Assembly: GCA_963727315.1 (NCBI GenBank)
Contig: CAVSFE010000002.1
Span: 215,560 to 279,559, forward strand
Direction of reading: 5' to 3'
Source: an uncultured Chloroflexia bacterium
GTDB lineage: Bacteria; Chloroflexota; Dehalococcoidia; Dehalococcoidales; RBG-16-60-22
Length of the DNA: 64,000 nucleotides
Part shown: positions 26,223 to 35,953 of the stretch, one piece after another
Position numbering within the stretch: the first letter of the stretch is position 1
How the letters are laid out: every line of letters starts with the position of its first letter
Translations under genes and position numbers: made by a program
The notes under the pieces: generated by a model
What the model was told of the DNA's origin: nothing
Databases searched by the model: none
Seen by the model: only the letters and a program-made list of their open reading frames with translations

Positions 26223-28048
26223 CTAACGCCCTTTTTTCAGCAGCTCCGCGCCGGCCAGATTTTCCTTTATCTTTTTTATCAGTGTTCCCGCCAGCCACCC
26301 GGCAAACCAGCCGAGCAAGGGCTTTACCAGGAGCTGTAATATGAAGAGCAATACCTTTAATAGAATCGATTTCCATTTTGAGGGCGGGCTGTTTGATTTC
26401 CCCCTGGAGCCGATAAGTCCGCTAAGCGCCTGGTTGACCACGAGTTTCGTCCGGACGCTCAAGCCCTTTTTAAGTTTCTCCAGGTCGGCCTCGGGCATCG
26501 CCGGCCACGGCGGCTGCGGCTCTCTGGTTTCACTGATTGAGGTCGCCGACGAGCGGAATGATAGGCAGGTAATAGGTATCCTTTCCGTCAACGGGCACGG
26601 TTACGAGGTACGGCGAGCCGGGCTGTTTCAAGCCCGGAGGCCACGGCTCGAAGAGAGGGTTTTCCACGGGCAGGATAAAGTACTTTTGCAGGAACCGCTG
26701 GCAGTTGCGGCGACCCAGGAGGAAATCATGACGCCGGAAGTCCTCGTTTAAAAAACCGCCGAAATGAAAGAGGGAGTTGGAGGCAAGGGCCGGCCATTTT
26801 TCTCTCTGGCTTTCCCGCGCGGTTTTATCTCGGGTGGGCGTGATGACAAAACGACTGAAAACATTCGGGTCGCGGGCGAGCTTCAGCTCATCAATTTTGA
26901 ACTTGGCCTGGGACATCAGGCTTCGGAAAATCGCCCCGGCGACATTGAATAGACCGGGCTCCGCCGTATAATCGGCGCTGACCGGTACCGCATCAGGGAA
27001 AGGGTCGATCATGACGATGGCCCGGGTGGCTTTGTCACCGTCTCTTTCGTTACGCCGCTCCGGCGCCGGCGATTTCCCGGCGGGCGTACTCAAGAGGCTC
27101 GTTGTTCATCACGCCGCCGTCCACCGCCAGGAAAAAGTAGTCGGATGGCGCATTTCCGTCCCAGTCCGGCGGTATTTTTTCGCGCCCGGAGGACGGTACG
27201 GTCCACGCCCGCTCGTTATAGTCCCCGGCGTCCCGCTCGATAATCCGGGGGGCCAGGGCGAAGGGAAAAGCGCCGCTGGCCACGGCCGCCTGCGCCAGCT
27301 TCTTCCAGGCCGTCTTTTCTTTTTCGTCGTGCGGGTCGGGATGGAGCAACACACCTGCGGGAACAGGACCGCTGCGGTTGCCGGCTTCAGGTTTAACAAC
27401 GTCAAACCGGAGGTAATCGGCGTGGTTGGACATCCAGTGCTCGATGACCTTCGGGCCCTGGAAACCGCCCCGGCGATCACCAAGGAAATCGATGGCGTAA
27501 GGCACGCCGCGCAGGTTGGTGACGCAGATGAAAAGGGCAAGCGGGTCGGCGACATAAGCGCGGGGGTTAAGCGGCGGCCGCGCAATCATGGTTTCCTCAG
27601 CCAGATTTTTCAAAAACGAGGAGTCGAGCAGCGAAGTCAATTTTCCCGCTTTTTCTTTGAGGTCGGCGGTGGTGAGCATGGAGGCGATATCGGCTTTGAC
27701 CACCCAGCTCGAGTAAAGCTTGTTCGTTTCATCGTATTTTTCGGGCAGGCGGGCCGGGTTGACGGCGCAGGGGGCTTCGTTAAAGACCACGGCCGCCAGC
27801 GCAGCGACCATACTGCCGGCCGAGGAACCCGATATCGCCCTGAGACGGATGTCGTGCGGCGGGACCTGCCACTGCTCGCGGGGAACGCCCCGGGAAGCCT
27901 CGCTTTCCTTGGCGGCGTACCACAGGTCGATGGCCTCAATGAGAAAATCGACGACGCCGGCCGAATAGGCCCCCGCCGAGACCGCCCCTGCCAGTACCAG
28001 CCCGATTTCAAAAGTTTTTTTATCCTTCCCGGTCACGCTATCTGCCAC
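26223..28048 (-). pseudogene. Patatin-like phospholipase with long C-terminal extension, split into three ORFs as assembled
   Basis: Oxyanion region LAGAVSAGAYSAG, nucleophile GSSAG and catalytic VDGG lie in ORF 28048-27050. The gene continues as ERRNERDG…IDPFPD…FGGFLNEDFRRHDFLLGR (27093-26530) and EPQPPWPAMPEADLEKL… with a hydrophobic tail (26591-26223). Breaks are near 27068 and 26538. Confidence 0.75.
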
Positions 28049-28306
28049 GGTCCGCCTCCTTTCAGAAGTCCGCCTTCAGTCCGGAAAAACAGAGTCATTA
28101 TACTCCAATCCCGGCTATTGTCAACTTTATTATGTCATTTAATCCGGCCAACCGGGTCGAACGCTAAAAGTCGGGCTACTTAAGGCACAGGCCACCCGCT
28201 ACTTTAGTATGATTGAAGTAGATTATCGGAGATGCAAAAATATTATTAGAATCGTATTTATCGGAGGAAACACTCAGTATGTGGTTGATGGCTGGGAGGT
28301 GATGAT

Positions 28307-28495
28307 ATGCGGGTTTTGTGCGGCGTTATCATAGTTTGCGGCAGTATCCTGGGGATGCTGGTCAGTTTCCTCGGCCAGGTGACGGTAACCTCAGAGGTGT
28401 CCCTTCTAAACGGGATACACCTGTCACTGGGACTCGGTATATTCTTTCTCTTGACGGCCCTGGGCGGTATTTATATCATCGCTAACAACAACTAA
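28307..28495 (+). CDS. Hypothetical small 2-TM membrane protein
   Basis: 62 aa with GGGAGG upstream and two hydrophobic segments. No recognised motif. Confidence 0.35.
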   Translation: MRVLCGVIIVCGSILGMLVSFLGQVTVTSEVSLLNGIHLSLGLGIFFLLTALGGIYIIANNN

Positions 28496-28520
28496 ACAAC
28501 TCAAAGGCGCATCTGTTTTC

Positions 28521-29018
28521 TCAGTCCCTTTGCTTGCCGTCGGCGTCAATAAAAACCATCTTGTCCCGTAGTTCGCGGGCGACCAGTTTTTTCAGAGCGG
28601 TCTCGGTCAGTTTCGGCGCGTACTGGCACTGGATGAAGAGGAAGGGCCGGCGCACCTTTAATATCCGGAAAGGGGCATGGATGAACCTGGCCGGTATCCA
28701 TATCATCGTGGACTCGCTGACGATATGGCTCTCCATCTCCGGCCCCATGCACATTTCCATGTCCGCGCCCAGATCTCTCGGATGAGACGGGTCGGTCCCC
28801 AGCGCCACGAGCAGTTCGGGGTCGTTATGGATATGGGGGCCGTGACCGGCGTGCTTCGTCGCTTCCTCGCCCATCCACATCACGGAAAAATATTTACTGC
28901 CTTCGATGATACCAGCGTCGGTAAAGGCGACCATCGAGGGCATGCGCCCGAAACCTTTCTTCCGCTGCGCTTCGGGGAGCTCATTAAGGAAGTACTGGCT
29001 GTATTTCAGTTCTGCCAT
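28521..29018 (-). CDS. Cupin-fold metalloprotein, function unknown (paralog 3)
   Basis: 165 aa. N-terminal LKYSQYF as in 83-571. Motif 1 is HGPHIHNDPELLVALG (HxHxxxE-x6-G) and motif 2 is a variant, PARFIH. Confidence 0.7.
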   Translation of the reverse strand: MAELKYSQYFLNELPEAQRKKGFGRMPSMVAFTDAGIIEGSKYFSVMWMGEEATKHAGHGPHIHNDPELLVALGTDPSHPRDLGADMEMCMGPEMESHIVSESTMIWIPARFIHAPFRILKVRRPFLFIQCQYAPKLTETALKKLVARELRDKMVFIDADGKQRD

Positions 29019-29066
29019 GTTACATTAACCTCCGGCATAATCACAACAGTTTCTGGATTGATTCAG

Positions 29067-29297
29067 TTAGCCCTTAGTAATCGCCTTGGCGGGGCACCAC
29101 CATTCGTGGGAGAAACAGACATCGCACCCGGTGCATTTTTTCGTATCTATTCTCGTCGTATAGAGGGTCAGGCCGTCGCTTTCGATGACCTTTTTAACCA
29201 CCATGATAGCTTTCTCCGGGCACTGGGTAACGCACAAGCCGCACTTAAGACATTTTTTCGTATCTATTTTATAAGCCATGCCGGTTACGGCCATCAT
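29067..29297 (-). CDS. 2x[4Fe-4S]-type ferredoxin
   Basis: 76 aa with CLKCGLCVTQCP and CTGCDVCFSHEWWCP cysteine clusters. Confidence 0.8.
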   Translation of the reverse strand: MMAVTGMAYKIDTKKCLKCGLCVTQCPEKAIMVVKKVIESDGLTLYTTRIDTKKCTGCDVCFSHEWWCPAKAITKG

Positions 29298-29443
29298 GCC
29301 CTCCTTTCATTTCATTGTCCTGAATGTTATCGCAACGCGATGATAGCTGTCAAACAGGCATACCGGGCACGTTTGACATCATCCAGCCTAATAGATAGAC
29401 TACTGGTAAGGTTAATTTCCGACGATTTCACAAAGGAGACAAA

Positions 29444-30544
29444 ATGAAAGTCAAAGCGGCCATCTGTAACGAACTCGGGAAGCCTTTATCGATGGAGGAA
29501 GTGACTCTGGACCCGCCGGGAAAGGGCGAGGTAAAAATAAGAATGGCGGCGACGGCCATCTGCCACAGCGATATCCACGCCTTCAAGGGGGAGCACGGCG
29601 ATATCCAGCTGCCGGCCATCGCCGGTCACGAGATATGCGGCTACGTCGAGGAAACCGGCGACGGCGTCACCTACGTCAAACCCGGCGATAAAGTGGTCGC
29701 CAGCATCATACCGGAGGGCTGCGGGCAGTGCTACTATTGCCGCATCGGCCTTGGCAGCCAGTGCACCACCAACCGACTCTATCTGATAGGGAAAGGGAAA
29801 TATGTCAATAAAAAAGGCCAGCGCATCACGCAGTACGCCGGCGCCGTGGCCGGCTTCGCCGAATACGCCACCATCCCCGAGGTCAACCTGGTGAAAGTGC
29901 CGGAGGACCTGCCCGTAGACCGGGCGTGCCTGCTCGCCTGCGGGGTTATCTCGGGGTTCGGGGCGGTGCTGTACCGCGCTAAGGTCACGGCCAACAGCAG
30001 CGTCGCCGTCATCGGCTGCGGGGGAGTCGGGCTCAACGCCATCCAGGGGGCGGTCTTTGCCGGGGCTTACCCGGTCATCGCCGTGGACGTGCGCGACAAC
30101 AAGCTGGAAACGCGCTAAAGTCTTCGGCGCGACGCATACGGTCAACGCCAAAACGGAAAAAGACCCCATTAAGAAGGTGCACGAGCTTACCTACGGTCGC
30201 GGGGCGGATACGGTCATCGTGGCGGTGGCGGGCATAGAAATCCTGCGCCAGGGGTTCATGATGTCGGCGCGGGACGGCACTACGCAATATTATCGGGCAC
30301 GGCTTCGGCGAGCAGATGTCCGCTTTCACGCCGCTGGACTTCATGGCGGGCAAAAAGCTCACCGGCAGCGCGATGGGGGCGGTAAGGCTCCGGATAGATA
30401 TCCCCCGCCTGATTGAGCTGTACAGAGTCGGCCGACTCAAGCTGGACGAGCTTATTTCCGGCCACTATCCGCTTCGATAAGATTAACGAGGCGCTGGTAT
30501 CATCGGAAAAGGGCGACGTGATACGCAACGTGATTATGTTTTGA
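29444..30544 (+). pseudogene. Zinc-dependent alcohol dehydrogenase (MDR family), three frame breaks as assembled
   Basis: ICHSDIH, GHEICGYVEETG, CGQCYYC, GCGGVGLNAIQGA. Continues in other frames as AKVFGATHTVNA…, IIGHGFGEQMSAFTP… and DKINEALVSSEKGDVIRNVIMF. Breaks are near 30110, 30285 and 30474. Confidence 0.8.
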
Positions 30545-30610
30545 AACCGGATTCGTTATTCGTTTTTTACAATTTTTTTGTTAACGTTCACGTTCGATTC
30601 ATTCGTAAAT

Positions 30611-30677
30611 ATTCGTTTTTCGTTTTATGTTAAATCAGCTTCAAAATCGGGGATTCGTTTTTCGATTTATGTTAAAT
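30611..30677. repeat. 25-nt direct repeat (2 copies, 24/25 identical) in an AT-rich intergenic region
   Basis: ATTCGTTTTTCGTTTTATGTTAAAT (30611-30635) and ATTCGTTTTTCGATTTATGTTAAAT (30653-30677). Further ATTCGT(T/A) units lie at about 30551 and about 30601. Confidence 0.8.
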
Positions 30678-30758
30678 AGCGAACATCCCTTGCTTACAGC
30701 TCAAAGTTTCTAGTATAAAGAGACTGCCAGAAAAAAGAAATGGGATTTTGTCACCGAC

Positions 30759-31157
30759 CTAAGTAAAGCCGGTAGTCGTGCCGTACATCCAGCCTTCGAT
30801 GACCTTGCCGTTCTTCAAACGGAAAAGCCAGAGCTCGTTGGCGACGACCTCTTGACCCTTTGCTGGCGGCAGGCCGGGAATTCGCCCGGTAAAATTCTCG
30901 TGGCCGCTATATAAAAACCCGACGAGGTTGCCTTCACCCGTTAGATATTTAATATCAAAGCGGATATCGGAAAATGCCTTCCGCGCGGCGGTGATAAACT
31001 GTTTATGCGCCTCCCGCCCTACAACGTCCGGCAGCGGAGGCGTTAAATGATAGACGACATCGGTGTTTTCAACTTCATCCAGGGCATCGACGTTGCCCTT
31101 AATCCATGCCTCGTTTTCAGCTTTAATAAATTTTTCCGCGAAATTTTTAGTGTTCAT
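30759..31157 (-). CDS. SnoaL-like / NTF2-fold protein (ester-cyclase-like)
   Basis: 132 aa with GGAGG upstream. The pattern (…AWIKGNVDALDEV…DVVYH…GREAHKQFI…LWLFRLKNGKVIEGW) is typical of SnoaL-type polyketide-cyclase-fold proteins. Confidence 0.6.
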   Translation of the reverse strand: MNTKNFAEKFIKAENEAWIKGNVDALDEVENTDVVYHLTPPLPDVVGREAHKQFITAARKAFSDIRFDIKYLTGEGNLVGFLYSGHENFTGRIPGLPPAKGQEVVANELWLFRLKNGKVIEGWMYGTTTGFT

Positions 31158-31348
31158 TAGAATGCCTCCTTTTAATAAGTTTTATTATTGTAGGTAATGA
31201 CACAGTTATTGTCAAATGATTTGCCACCATAGCTTTAAAAAGCGTGTAAAATATAGCTGGAGAATAATTCACGCTGAAGAATATCCTAATCCCCTTTAAC
31301 GGAAATATATTACCCGGAACAATCCATGCTCCGGTCAGGAGGACTAAC

Positions 31349-33063
31349 TTGAACAAGGTTGCGGAAATAACGCTGGCTTCCGATGCCCCCGGCGCCACGC
31401 TCTTCATGCTCGGCAACGAAGCCATCGCCCGGGGGGCTATCGAGGCGGGCGTGCAGGTGGTGGCGGCCTATCCCGGCACGCCTTCGAGCGAAATCACCGA
31501 GACGCTGGTGAACAACGCCAAAATCACCGGCATGTACGCCGAGTGGTCGATTAACGAGAAGGTCGCCCTGGAAGTAGCCATGGCCGGCGCCATGAGCGGC
31601 CTGCGCTCGCTGGCGATTATGAAGCATGTCGGCGTGAACGTCGCCCACGACGCCCTGACGTCCGCCAGCTATATGGGACTCGGCGGCCTGGTGCTCATTT
31701 CCGCCGACGACCCCGGCCAGTGGAGCTCGCAGAACGAGCAGGACAACCGCTACATCGCCCGCCAGTGCTATATACCGGTGCTGGAGCCCGCGACCGCGCA
31801 GGAAGGCAAGGACATGATGGTCGATGCCTACCGCCTTTCCGAGGAGTTCGGGCAGATGTTCATGCTGCGCTCGGTGACGCGCATCGGCCACGCCCGCAGC
31901 GACGTCGTGCTGGGCGGGATAGAGGGGCAAAAGCGCCAGGGGAAGTTCACTAAAGACTTCCAAAGGCTGGTGTGCCTGCCGGCCAATTTCCGCGTCAACC
32001 GCCGGCATGGTCATTCAAAGAATGGCGAAAATAAAAGACGTCGTGGACACCCTGCCGTATAACCACATAACGCTTAAGAAAGGCGCCAAATTGGGCGTCA
32101 TCGCCAGCGGCATTTCCTACGGCTACGCCGTGGAGGCCATACGGTGGATGGGACTAGAAGAAAAAATTTCCGTGTTGAAAATAGGTACGCCTTACCCGCT
32201 GCCGGTAAAAATGACGCAGCAGTTTTTAAAGTCCGTGCCGGAGGCGCTGGTGGTCGAGGAGCTTGAGCCTTTTGTCGAGGACGGCGTCAAGGTCATCGCC
32301 AAGGACAGCGATATCAGCGTGAAAATCCACGGCAAGGACGTCATTCCCCTGGCCGGGGAGCTATCGACACGGCAGGTCGCCGAGGCTTTGAGCAAGCTGA
32401 CCGGAGTCAAGCCGCCGATGGATTTCGCGGAGATTGATAAATTAAGAGAAGAAACGGCGGCGCTGTTGCCCTTCCGCCCGCCGACCATGTGCGCCGGCTG
32501 CCCGCACCGGGCTTCCGCCTACGCCATCAATATCGCCATCCGGCGCTACCAGCAAGAGACCGGCATCGAGCCGGTAAAGACCGGCGACATCGGCTGTTAC
32601 GCCCTCTCCGCCAACCCGCCGCTGAACGCGGACGACGTCGCCATCTGCATGGGCGGCGCTTTCGGCCTCGCCAACGGATTCGCCCACGTTCAGGACGCGC
32701 CGGTGGTGGCGCACCTGGGCGATAGCACTTTTTTCCACTCCGGCATCCCGCCGATGATTAACGCCGTCTATAACAAAGCCAACGTGACCATGGTCGTGAT
32801 GGACAACTCGACCACCGGCATGACGGGTTTCCAGCCGCACCCCGGCGCCAGCGGCGACGTGGCTTCGACATAAAAATAGAAGATATCGCCCGCGCCAGCG
32901 GCGTCAAGATGGTGGAGGTCGTTGACGCCTTCGACCTGCCAAAGCTTATCGACGTCCTGGAGAAGGCGATAAAATTTAAAGGGCCTTCGGTCATCGTCGC
33001 CCGCCGGCTCTGCAATATCCTCGACCAGCGGGAGAAACGAAAAGCCGGCGAAAAGACCGTCTC
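31349..33063 (+). pseudogene. iorA: Indolepyruvate/2-oxoacid:ferredoxin oxidoreductase alpha subunit (TPP part), frame breaks as assembled
   Basis: GNEAIARGAIEAGVQVVAAYPGTPSSEI, MCAGCPHRASAY, TGDIGCY, HLGDSTFFHSGIPPMINAVYN, MTGFQPHPG. Frame changes are near 32000 and 32858. A TTG start follows AGGAGG. Confidence 0.8.
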
Positions 33064-33065
33064 CT

Positions 33066-34647
33066 TATGTGGTCGATACCGGAGAAATGCGTGGCGGGCA
33101 GTCCGCCGGCCTGCCAGGCCACCTGCCCCCTGCATATTGATATCCGGGGATATATCGCCCTGATAAAAGAGGGCAAGTTCGACGAGGCGCTGGCGCTCAT
33201 CAAAAAGACCCTGCCCTTCCCCGGCATCATCGGCCGGATCTGCACGCGACCCTGCGAAGGCAAGTGCGTGCGGAGGGAGGTCGAGGAGGCGATAGCCATC
33301 AACGCCCTCAAGCGCGCGGCGACCGAATACGGGAAATATACGGAAGATTACACCATCGCCGCGGAAAAGAAAGAGCGGGTGGCGATTATCGGCGGGGGAC
33401 CGGCCGGCATGATGGCGGCCTACGACCTGCGCAAGGCCGGCTATAAAGTAACTATCTTCGAAGCCCTGGATAAGCTGGGCGGGATGATGGCGGTGGGCAT
33501 CCCCGAGTTCCGGTTGCCGCGGAATATTCTCCAGTGAAGAAACGGATATTATTAAAAAGCTGGGCGTGGAGATAAAGCTCAACACGAGGGTCGGCAAAGA
33601 CGTTAAACTGGCGGATTTGAGGAAAGACTATGACGCCGTTTTTATCGCCGTGGGCGCTCATAAAGGCAGAAGCCTCGGGCATAGAAAATGAGCATGCCAG
33701 CGGCGTTATCGACGGCACGGAGTTTTTATACAAGGTCAACACCGGCGAGAAAATAAAGACCGAAGACAGGGTGGTGGTGGTGGGCGGCGGCAACGTGGCT
33801 GTCGACTGCGCCCGCACCTGCGTGCGGCTGGGCTTTAAAGACGTGAATATCGTCTACCGGCGCTCCAGGGCGGAAATGCCCGCCATCGCCGAGGAAGTGA
33901 CCGAAGCCGAGCACGAAGGCGTCAAACTGACGCTGCTGTCCGGTCCGAGCAAGGTCGTGCTGAAGGGCGGAAAAGTATCAGGGCTCGAATGCATCAAAAT
34001 GAAGCTCGGCGAGCCGGACGCCAGCGGGACGGAGAAGGCCGGAGCCGATTAAGGGCTCGGAGTTCGTTATCGAGACGGGGCTGATTATCTCAGCCGTCGG
34101 TGAAGAGCCCGACCTCGCTTTCATGGGCGGGGACATGGCGGGGGCGGTCGCCGATGGCCATATCAAAGCCGACCCCGTCACGCTCGCCACCGGCATTAAA
34201 GGCGTCTTCGCCGGCGGGGACGCGGTCACCGGGGCGGCCACGGTCATCCAGGCCATGGCGGCGGGCCGAAAAGCCGCCAGGTCCATCGACAAATACTTCA
34301 AGGGCGAGCCGCTGGACAAAGGGCGTGAAGGCGAAGAGGTCTTCGAGAGCAAGCTCATCGTGGATACCTGGAGCATCTACCAGGAACCGAGGGCGGCCAT
34401 GCCGGCGCTGCCCGTCGCCCGGAGAAAAGGCAACTTCAAAGAGGTCGATTTGGGCCTGACGCGGGAGGCGGCCGTAAAAGAGGCGAAACGCTGCCTCTCC
34501 TGCGACTGCCGTATCTGTATCAATCTGCTCGGCTGCCCCGCCCTGATAACCGAAAAAGGCAAGGTGACGATCGATAGCTCCGGGTGCCCGGGGTGCGGGG
34601 TCTGCGCCCAGGTCTGCCCGCACGAAGCGATAAAAGCAGGAGTGTAA
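33066..34647 (+). pseudogene. GltD/NfnB-like NAD(P)H-dependent FeS flavoprotein module ending in a 2x[4Fe-4S] ferredoxin domain, probably contiguous with iorA; several frame breaks
   Basis: EKCVAGSPPACQATCPLHIDIRGYI, GRICTRPCEGKC, VAIIGGGPAGMMAAYDL, VVVVGGGNVAVDCA, GVFAGGDAVTG, then CLSCDCRICINLLGCPAL…GCPGCGVCAQVCPHEAI. Frame changes are near 33065-33082, 33535, 33672 and 34035. Confidence 0.7.
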
Positions 34648-34648
34648 G

Positions 34649-35263
34649 ATGGCCGCGAAGAACGAGATTAACATCATCATCTGCGGGGTGGGGGGACAGG
34701 GCGTCGTCCTGGTCTCCGAGCTGCTGGGCAATGCGGCGGTGAGGGGCAAAGTGGCGGTCAAGGGCTCGGAAGTGCTGGGGATGGCGCAGCGGGGAGGCTC
34801 CGTGTTCAGCAACCTGCGGCTGGGCGGCGAGGCCATCGCCCCGATGACCCCGGAAGGCAAATGCGATGTCCTCATCGCCGTGGAGCCATCGGAAGCGTTG
34901 AGAAATATTCAATACCTCGCGAAAAACAGCGTGGTCGTCCTCAACACGACGACCGTCCTGCCGTACACCGTCTACCTGGGCAAGAGCGGGTATCCGTCCC
35001 AGGACGAAATAATCGAAAAGCTCCGTAAAGTCACCGACCGCATTATCACGCTGGATGCCAGCGGGCTGGCAAAGCAGGCGGGGAGCCTGCAGGCGGCCAA
35101 CGTGGTCATGCTGGGGGCGCTGTTCGGCACGGGACTCATGCCCGTCAAAGAGGAGACGGCCAAGGAAGCGATACTGGCGCGCTTCAAGGGAAAGGTCGGC
35201 GAGATAAATATCAAAGCCTTCGACCTTGGCTATGAATACATCCAGAAGGCACTCAAGGGGTAG
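34649..35263 (+). CDS. iorB: Indolepyruvate oxidoreductase beta subunit
   Basis: 204 aa. NIIICGVGGQGVVLVSELLG…SEVLGMAQRGGSV, the gamma-type POR domain. Starts 1 nt after the preceding stop. Confidence 0.85.
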   Translation: MAAKNEINIIICGVGGQGVVLVSELLGNAAVRGKVAVKGSEVLGMAQRGGSVFSNLRLGGEAIAPMTPEGKCDVLIAVEPSEALRNIQYLAKNSVVVLNTTTVLPYTVYLGKSGYPSQDEIIEKLRKVTDRIITLDASGLAKQAGSLQAANVVMLGALFGTGLMPVKEETAKEAILARFKGKVGEINIKAFDLGYEYIQKALKG

Positions 35264-35299
35264 CTACTAATAATCGTCTGCGAGGCCATTTGCCGGCAG

Positions 35300-35515
35300 A
35301 CGGCGACCGGGGCGCTGGAAAAAGTGCAGGCGCTGCCGGACGTCCAGCGCGTCAATTCCAGCCCGGACGGCCCCCTACAGCGACTCACGATACATGCGGC
35401 GCCGGGGACGGAAGTGAAAGCGAACGTCACGAACATCATCGGGGAAGGCAACATCGAGTCCATCGTCATGCGCGACCCGACACTGGAGGAAGCCTATCTC
35501 AATATTATCAAGTAG
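35300..35515 (+). pseudogene. Relic: C-terminal end of an ABC transporter ATPase
   Basis: The text reads …ALPDVQRV…LQRLTIHAAPGTEV…IESIVMRDPTLEEAYLNIIK*. This is the typical tail of ABC-2 ATPases. No Walker motifs lie upstream. Confidence 0.5.
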
Positions 35516-35605
35516 GTAATTTGATGAAGACCGCTCAATGAAGCTGAAATGAGAAATGGCTTGCTCCGCACCCATATTCGTGCTCCCTGCCCGACCGGCC
35601 AGTAA

Positions 35606-35719
35606 AAAGCCCTATACCAGCACGCAGGTATCGGTGATATCTGGCAGCAACTGCTGGTGATGGCGGCGTGGGTACTGGCCTGCTATGTTATTTCCCTCAA
35701 GGTTTTCCGTTGGGAATAA
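35606..35719 (+). pseudogene. Relic: last TM segment of an ABC-2 permease
   Basis: A 37-codon fragment, …GDIWQQLLVMAAWVLACYVISLKVFRWE*, preceded by in-frame stops. A stranded MKTAQ* start lies at about 35523. Confidence 0.4.
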
Positions 35720-35746
35720 AGCATCCATAGCTCAGGTTAGAAACGG

Positions 35747-35781
35747 GGAAGCCTCCCCAGGCCGGGAGGCTTCCTTTTTTT
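35747..35781 (+). terminator. Rho-independent terminator
   Basis: GGAAGCCTCCC (35747-35757) pairs perfectly with GGGAGGCTTCC (35764-35774), 6-nt loop, then T7. Confidence 0.8.
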
Positions 35782-35953
35782 ACTTGTCCCATTAACTCCT
35801 ACTCTTTTTATACAGTCCTTCAAAGATCAGCGGACAATATAACGATGGTAAGTTGATCACCTTAGTGACTTTCCCCCGATAAGAGGATTAAGCGTCTTGA
35901 CATATATAAACTGTAATTATAGACTTAATCAGCATTTTGGGGAGGTGCTCTCT

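Noticed and set aside
26223-28495. Patatin gene as the effector of a CBASS-like or other defence system.
   Set aside because: No cyclase, sensor, NTPase or other defence-associated partner is adjacent. The neighbours are metabolic genes.
30545-30758. Possible CRISPR array, because of the direct repeats.
   Set aside because: There are only two 25-nt copies plus short degenerate units. The spacer is 17 nt, the repeats are AT-rich and non-palindromic, and no cas genes are in the window.
35721-35746. tRNA-like fragment GCATCCATAGCTCAGGTTAGAAAC, which resembles an acceptor plus D-arm, just before the terminator. It could be a possible att-site remnant for the low-GC island.
   Set aside because: Only the TAGCTCAG and GTTAGA blocks match and the D-stem does not close. 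The fragment is in the opposite orientation to tRNA-Val and corresponds to a 5-prime rather than a 3-prime tRNA half. The match is too weak to call.
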